Assembly: GCF_002075285.3 (NCBI RefSeq)
Contig: NZ_CP021983.2
Coordinates: 990,001-1,022,000, forward strand
Direction of reading: 5' to 3'
Length of the DNA: 32,000 nt
Origin: Halomicronema hongdechloris C2206
Lineage (GTDB): Bacteria > Cyanobacteriota > Cyanobacteriia > Phormidesmidales > Phormidesmidaceae
Below the pieces are notes generated by a model. The model had not been told where the DNA came from. It did no database searches and saw only the letters and a program-made list of their open reading frames with translations. The position numbers and the translations under genes are program-made. Shown here piece by piece: positions 30,688 through 32,000 of this stretch; positions within the stretch are counted from its first letter, which is position 1; each line of letters begins with the position of its first letter.

Positions 30688-32000
30688 CTACGGCGAGGAA
30701 TACCCAGGCCAGGTCATGGGAAAGGCATCTGCCATGGCACTGGTGACGGGCCTAGAGAAGAAGTAGCCCTGCACTAAGTCACACTGCAGAGACTGCAACA
30801 GTCTACATTGATCTGGGGTCTCGACTCCCTCGGCGATGACTTTTTTGTCGAGGGCACGGGCTAACAGCAGAATGGTGCGGACAATTTCTAGGCTTTTTGG
30901 GTCGGTCTCGAGGTTCTGAATGAAGCTGCGGTCAATTTTTAGGGTGTCTACGGGAAAGCCGTGGAGATAACTCAGGGAGGAATAGCCGGTGCCAAAGTCA
31001 TCCAGGGCTAATTGGATGCCCAGGGACTTGAGGTGCTCTAGGACCGTTGCCGCAGATTTGGGATTATGAATAATAGCGCTTTCTGTAATTTCGAATTTTA
31101 AGCGGTGAGCAGCGATGCCGGTTTCGGCGAGAATGGTTTCCACCTGCTGCACAAAGTTGGGTTGGGCAAATTGGCGGCTGGAGAAATTGATACTGAAGAG
31201 TAGATGCGATCGCAGATCAGACTCAGCATCCCAGCTCTGTATCTGACGACAGGTTTCCCGCAGCACCCACCAATCCAGTAATACCGATAGTCCCGTTTCC
31301 TCGGCCATTGGCATAAATTCATCCGGCGTAATCAAGCCCCGTTGGGGATGTTGCCATCGCACCAAGGCTTCCATCCCCGTCATCGCCCCATCTGCCAGAG
31401 ACACGATCGGTTGATAAAACACCTGCAATTCCGACCGCTCAATGGCCTGTCGGAGTTCTCCCTCCATCCGCAAGGCCGCCTGGATCTGAGCCCCCATGGC
31501 GCTGTCAAAAATCTCATAACTACCGATGCCCCAGTGCTTAGCCCGATACATGGCAATATCGGCCGCCTGCAATATCTCCTCATCCCCGAGATGGGATTGG
31601 GAGCTAAGGACGATGCCAATACTGGCATTGGCAAAGAGTTCATGGCCAGCGACCATCAAGGGTTGGGCGAATACCTCAAGAATTCGTTCCGCCACTCGAC
31701 AGGCTTGCCGTAGATCCTGCAGATCCGCCAGCACAATGGCAAACTCATCACCCCCCATGCGGGCGACAAAATCCACATCTCGCACGCAGCTTAATAGCTG
31801 CTGAGCCACGCCCATCAAGAGCTGATCCCCGGCGGCATGGCCAAGGCTGTCATTGACTGCCTTGAAGCGATCCAAATCCAAAAACAGCAGGCCAAACTGA
31901 TAGCTGGGGTCCCGCCGGGCCCGCTTAATCTCCTCGTCCAGGCGCGTCAGCAACCAGGCCCGGTTCGGCAGATTTGTGAGGGCATCGTGCAGGGCCTGAT
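30688..32000 (-). CDS. GGDEF-EAL (diguanylate cyclase/phosphodiesterase) protein; the N-terminal part lies outside the window
   Basis: GGDEF domain (DRFKAVNDSLGHAAGDQLL, MGGDEFAIV) and EAL domain (MEALVRWQHP, DDFGTGYSSLSYL, KIDRSF, EGVET). The frame remains open upstream of 31953 (ALHDALTNLPNRAWLLTRL) to the window end. Confidence 0.92.
   Translation of the reverse strand, partial: QALHDALTNLPNRAWLLTRLDEEIKRARRDPSYQFGLLFLDLDRFKAVNDSLGHAAGDQLLMGVAQQLLSCVRDVDFVARMGGDEFAIVLADLQDLRQACRVAERILEVFAQPLMVAGHELFANASIGIVLSSQSHLGDEEILQAADIAMYRAKHWGIGSYEIFDSAMGAQIQAALRMEGELRQAIERSELQVFYQPIVSLADGAMTGMEALVRWQHPQRGLITPDEFMPMAEETGLSVLLDWWVLRETCRQIQSWDAESDLRSHLLFSINFSSRQFAQPNFVQQVETILAETGIAAHRLKFEITESAIIHNPKSAATVLEHLKSLGIQLALDDFGTGYSSLSYLHGFPVDTLKIDRSFIQNLETDPKSLEIVRTILLLARALDKKVIAEGVETPDQCRLLQSLQCDLVQGYFFSRPVTSAMADAFPMTWPGYSSP

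Noticed and set aside
1-32000. Search for tRNA, rRNA, a Walker-A NTPase (NACHT/NB-ARC/AAA), reverse transcriptase, transposase or cas genes
   Set aside because: I found none by eye on either strand. A GTTCGA-type T-arm plus acceptor pairing was not seen in any intergenic gap, and no GxxxxGK[ST] motif occurs in the large repeat proteins.

Overview
This is a cyanobacterial chromosomal window. The HIP1 octamer GCGATCGC occurs at least 20 times by eye, there is an ndhI-ndhG-ndhE cluster, and Uma2, DUF29, pentapeptide and WD40 families are present. Housekeeping or ordinary genes sit at the edges and in the 11.9-15.0 kb stretch: ndhI (3' end), ndhG, ndhE, NAD kinase, glycogen phosphorylase, a SIMPL/DUF541 protein, Dps, a SAM methyltransferase, a GST-like protein, an SDR oxidoreductase, a MarR-like regulator and a GGDEF-EAL protein. 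The accessory part, between 6.8 and 27.8 kb, is built around repeat-sensor/effector proteins. It holds one TPR-CHAT protein, two intact paralogous TIR / single TM helix / WD40 proteins, a decayed third TIR locus (a frameshifted TIR stub, an inverted DUF29 gene and a headless WD40 gene), and an N-terminally truncated CHAT remnant. Each of the four non-remnant loci has an Uma2 or PD-(D/E)xK-like nuclease-fold gene within about 260 bp, and decayed PIN and Uma2 fragments lie between the two intact TIR genes. I found no NTPase (Walker A), CRISPR array, tRNA, rRNA, transposase or integrase. Several MITE-like or dispersed repeat families are visible. These include a 118-bp element present as two identical inverted copies 12.6 kb apart, and a 560-bp tandem duplication upstream of the TPR-CHAT gene. 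The TPR array carries three single-base homopolymer insertions that put two TPR units out of frame without closing the ORF. All domain calls come from motif recognition by eye, with no database search.
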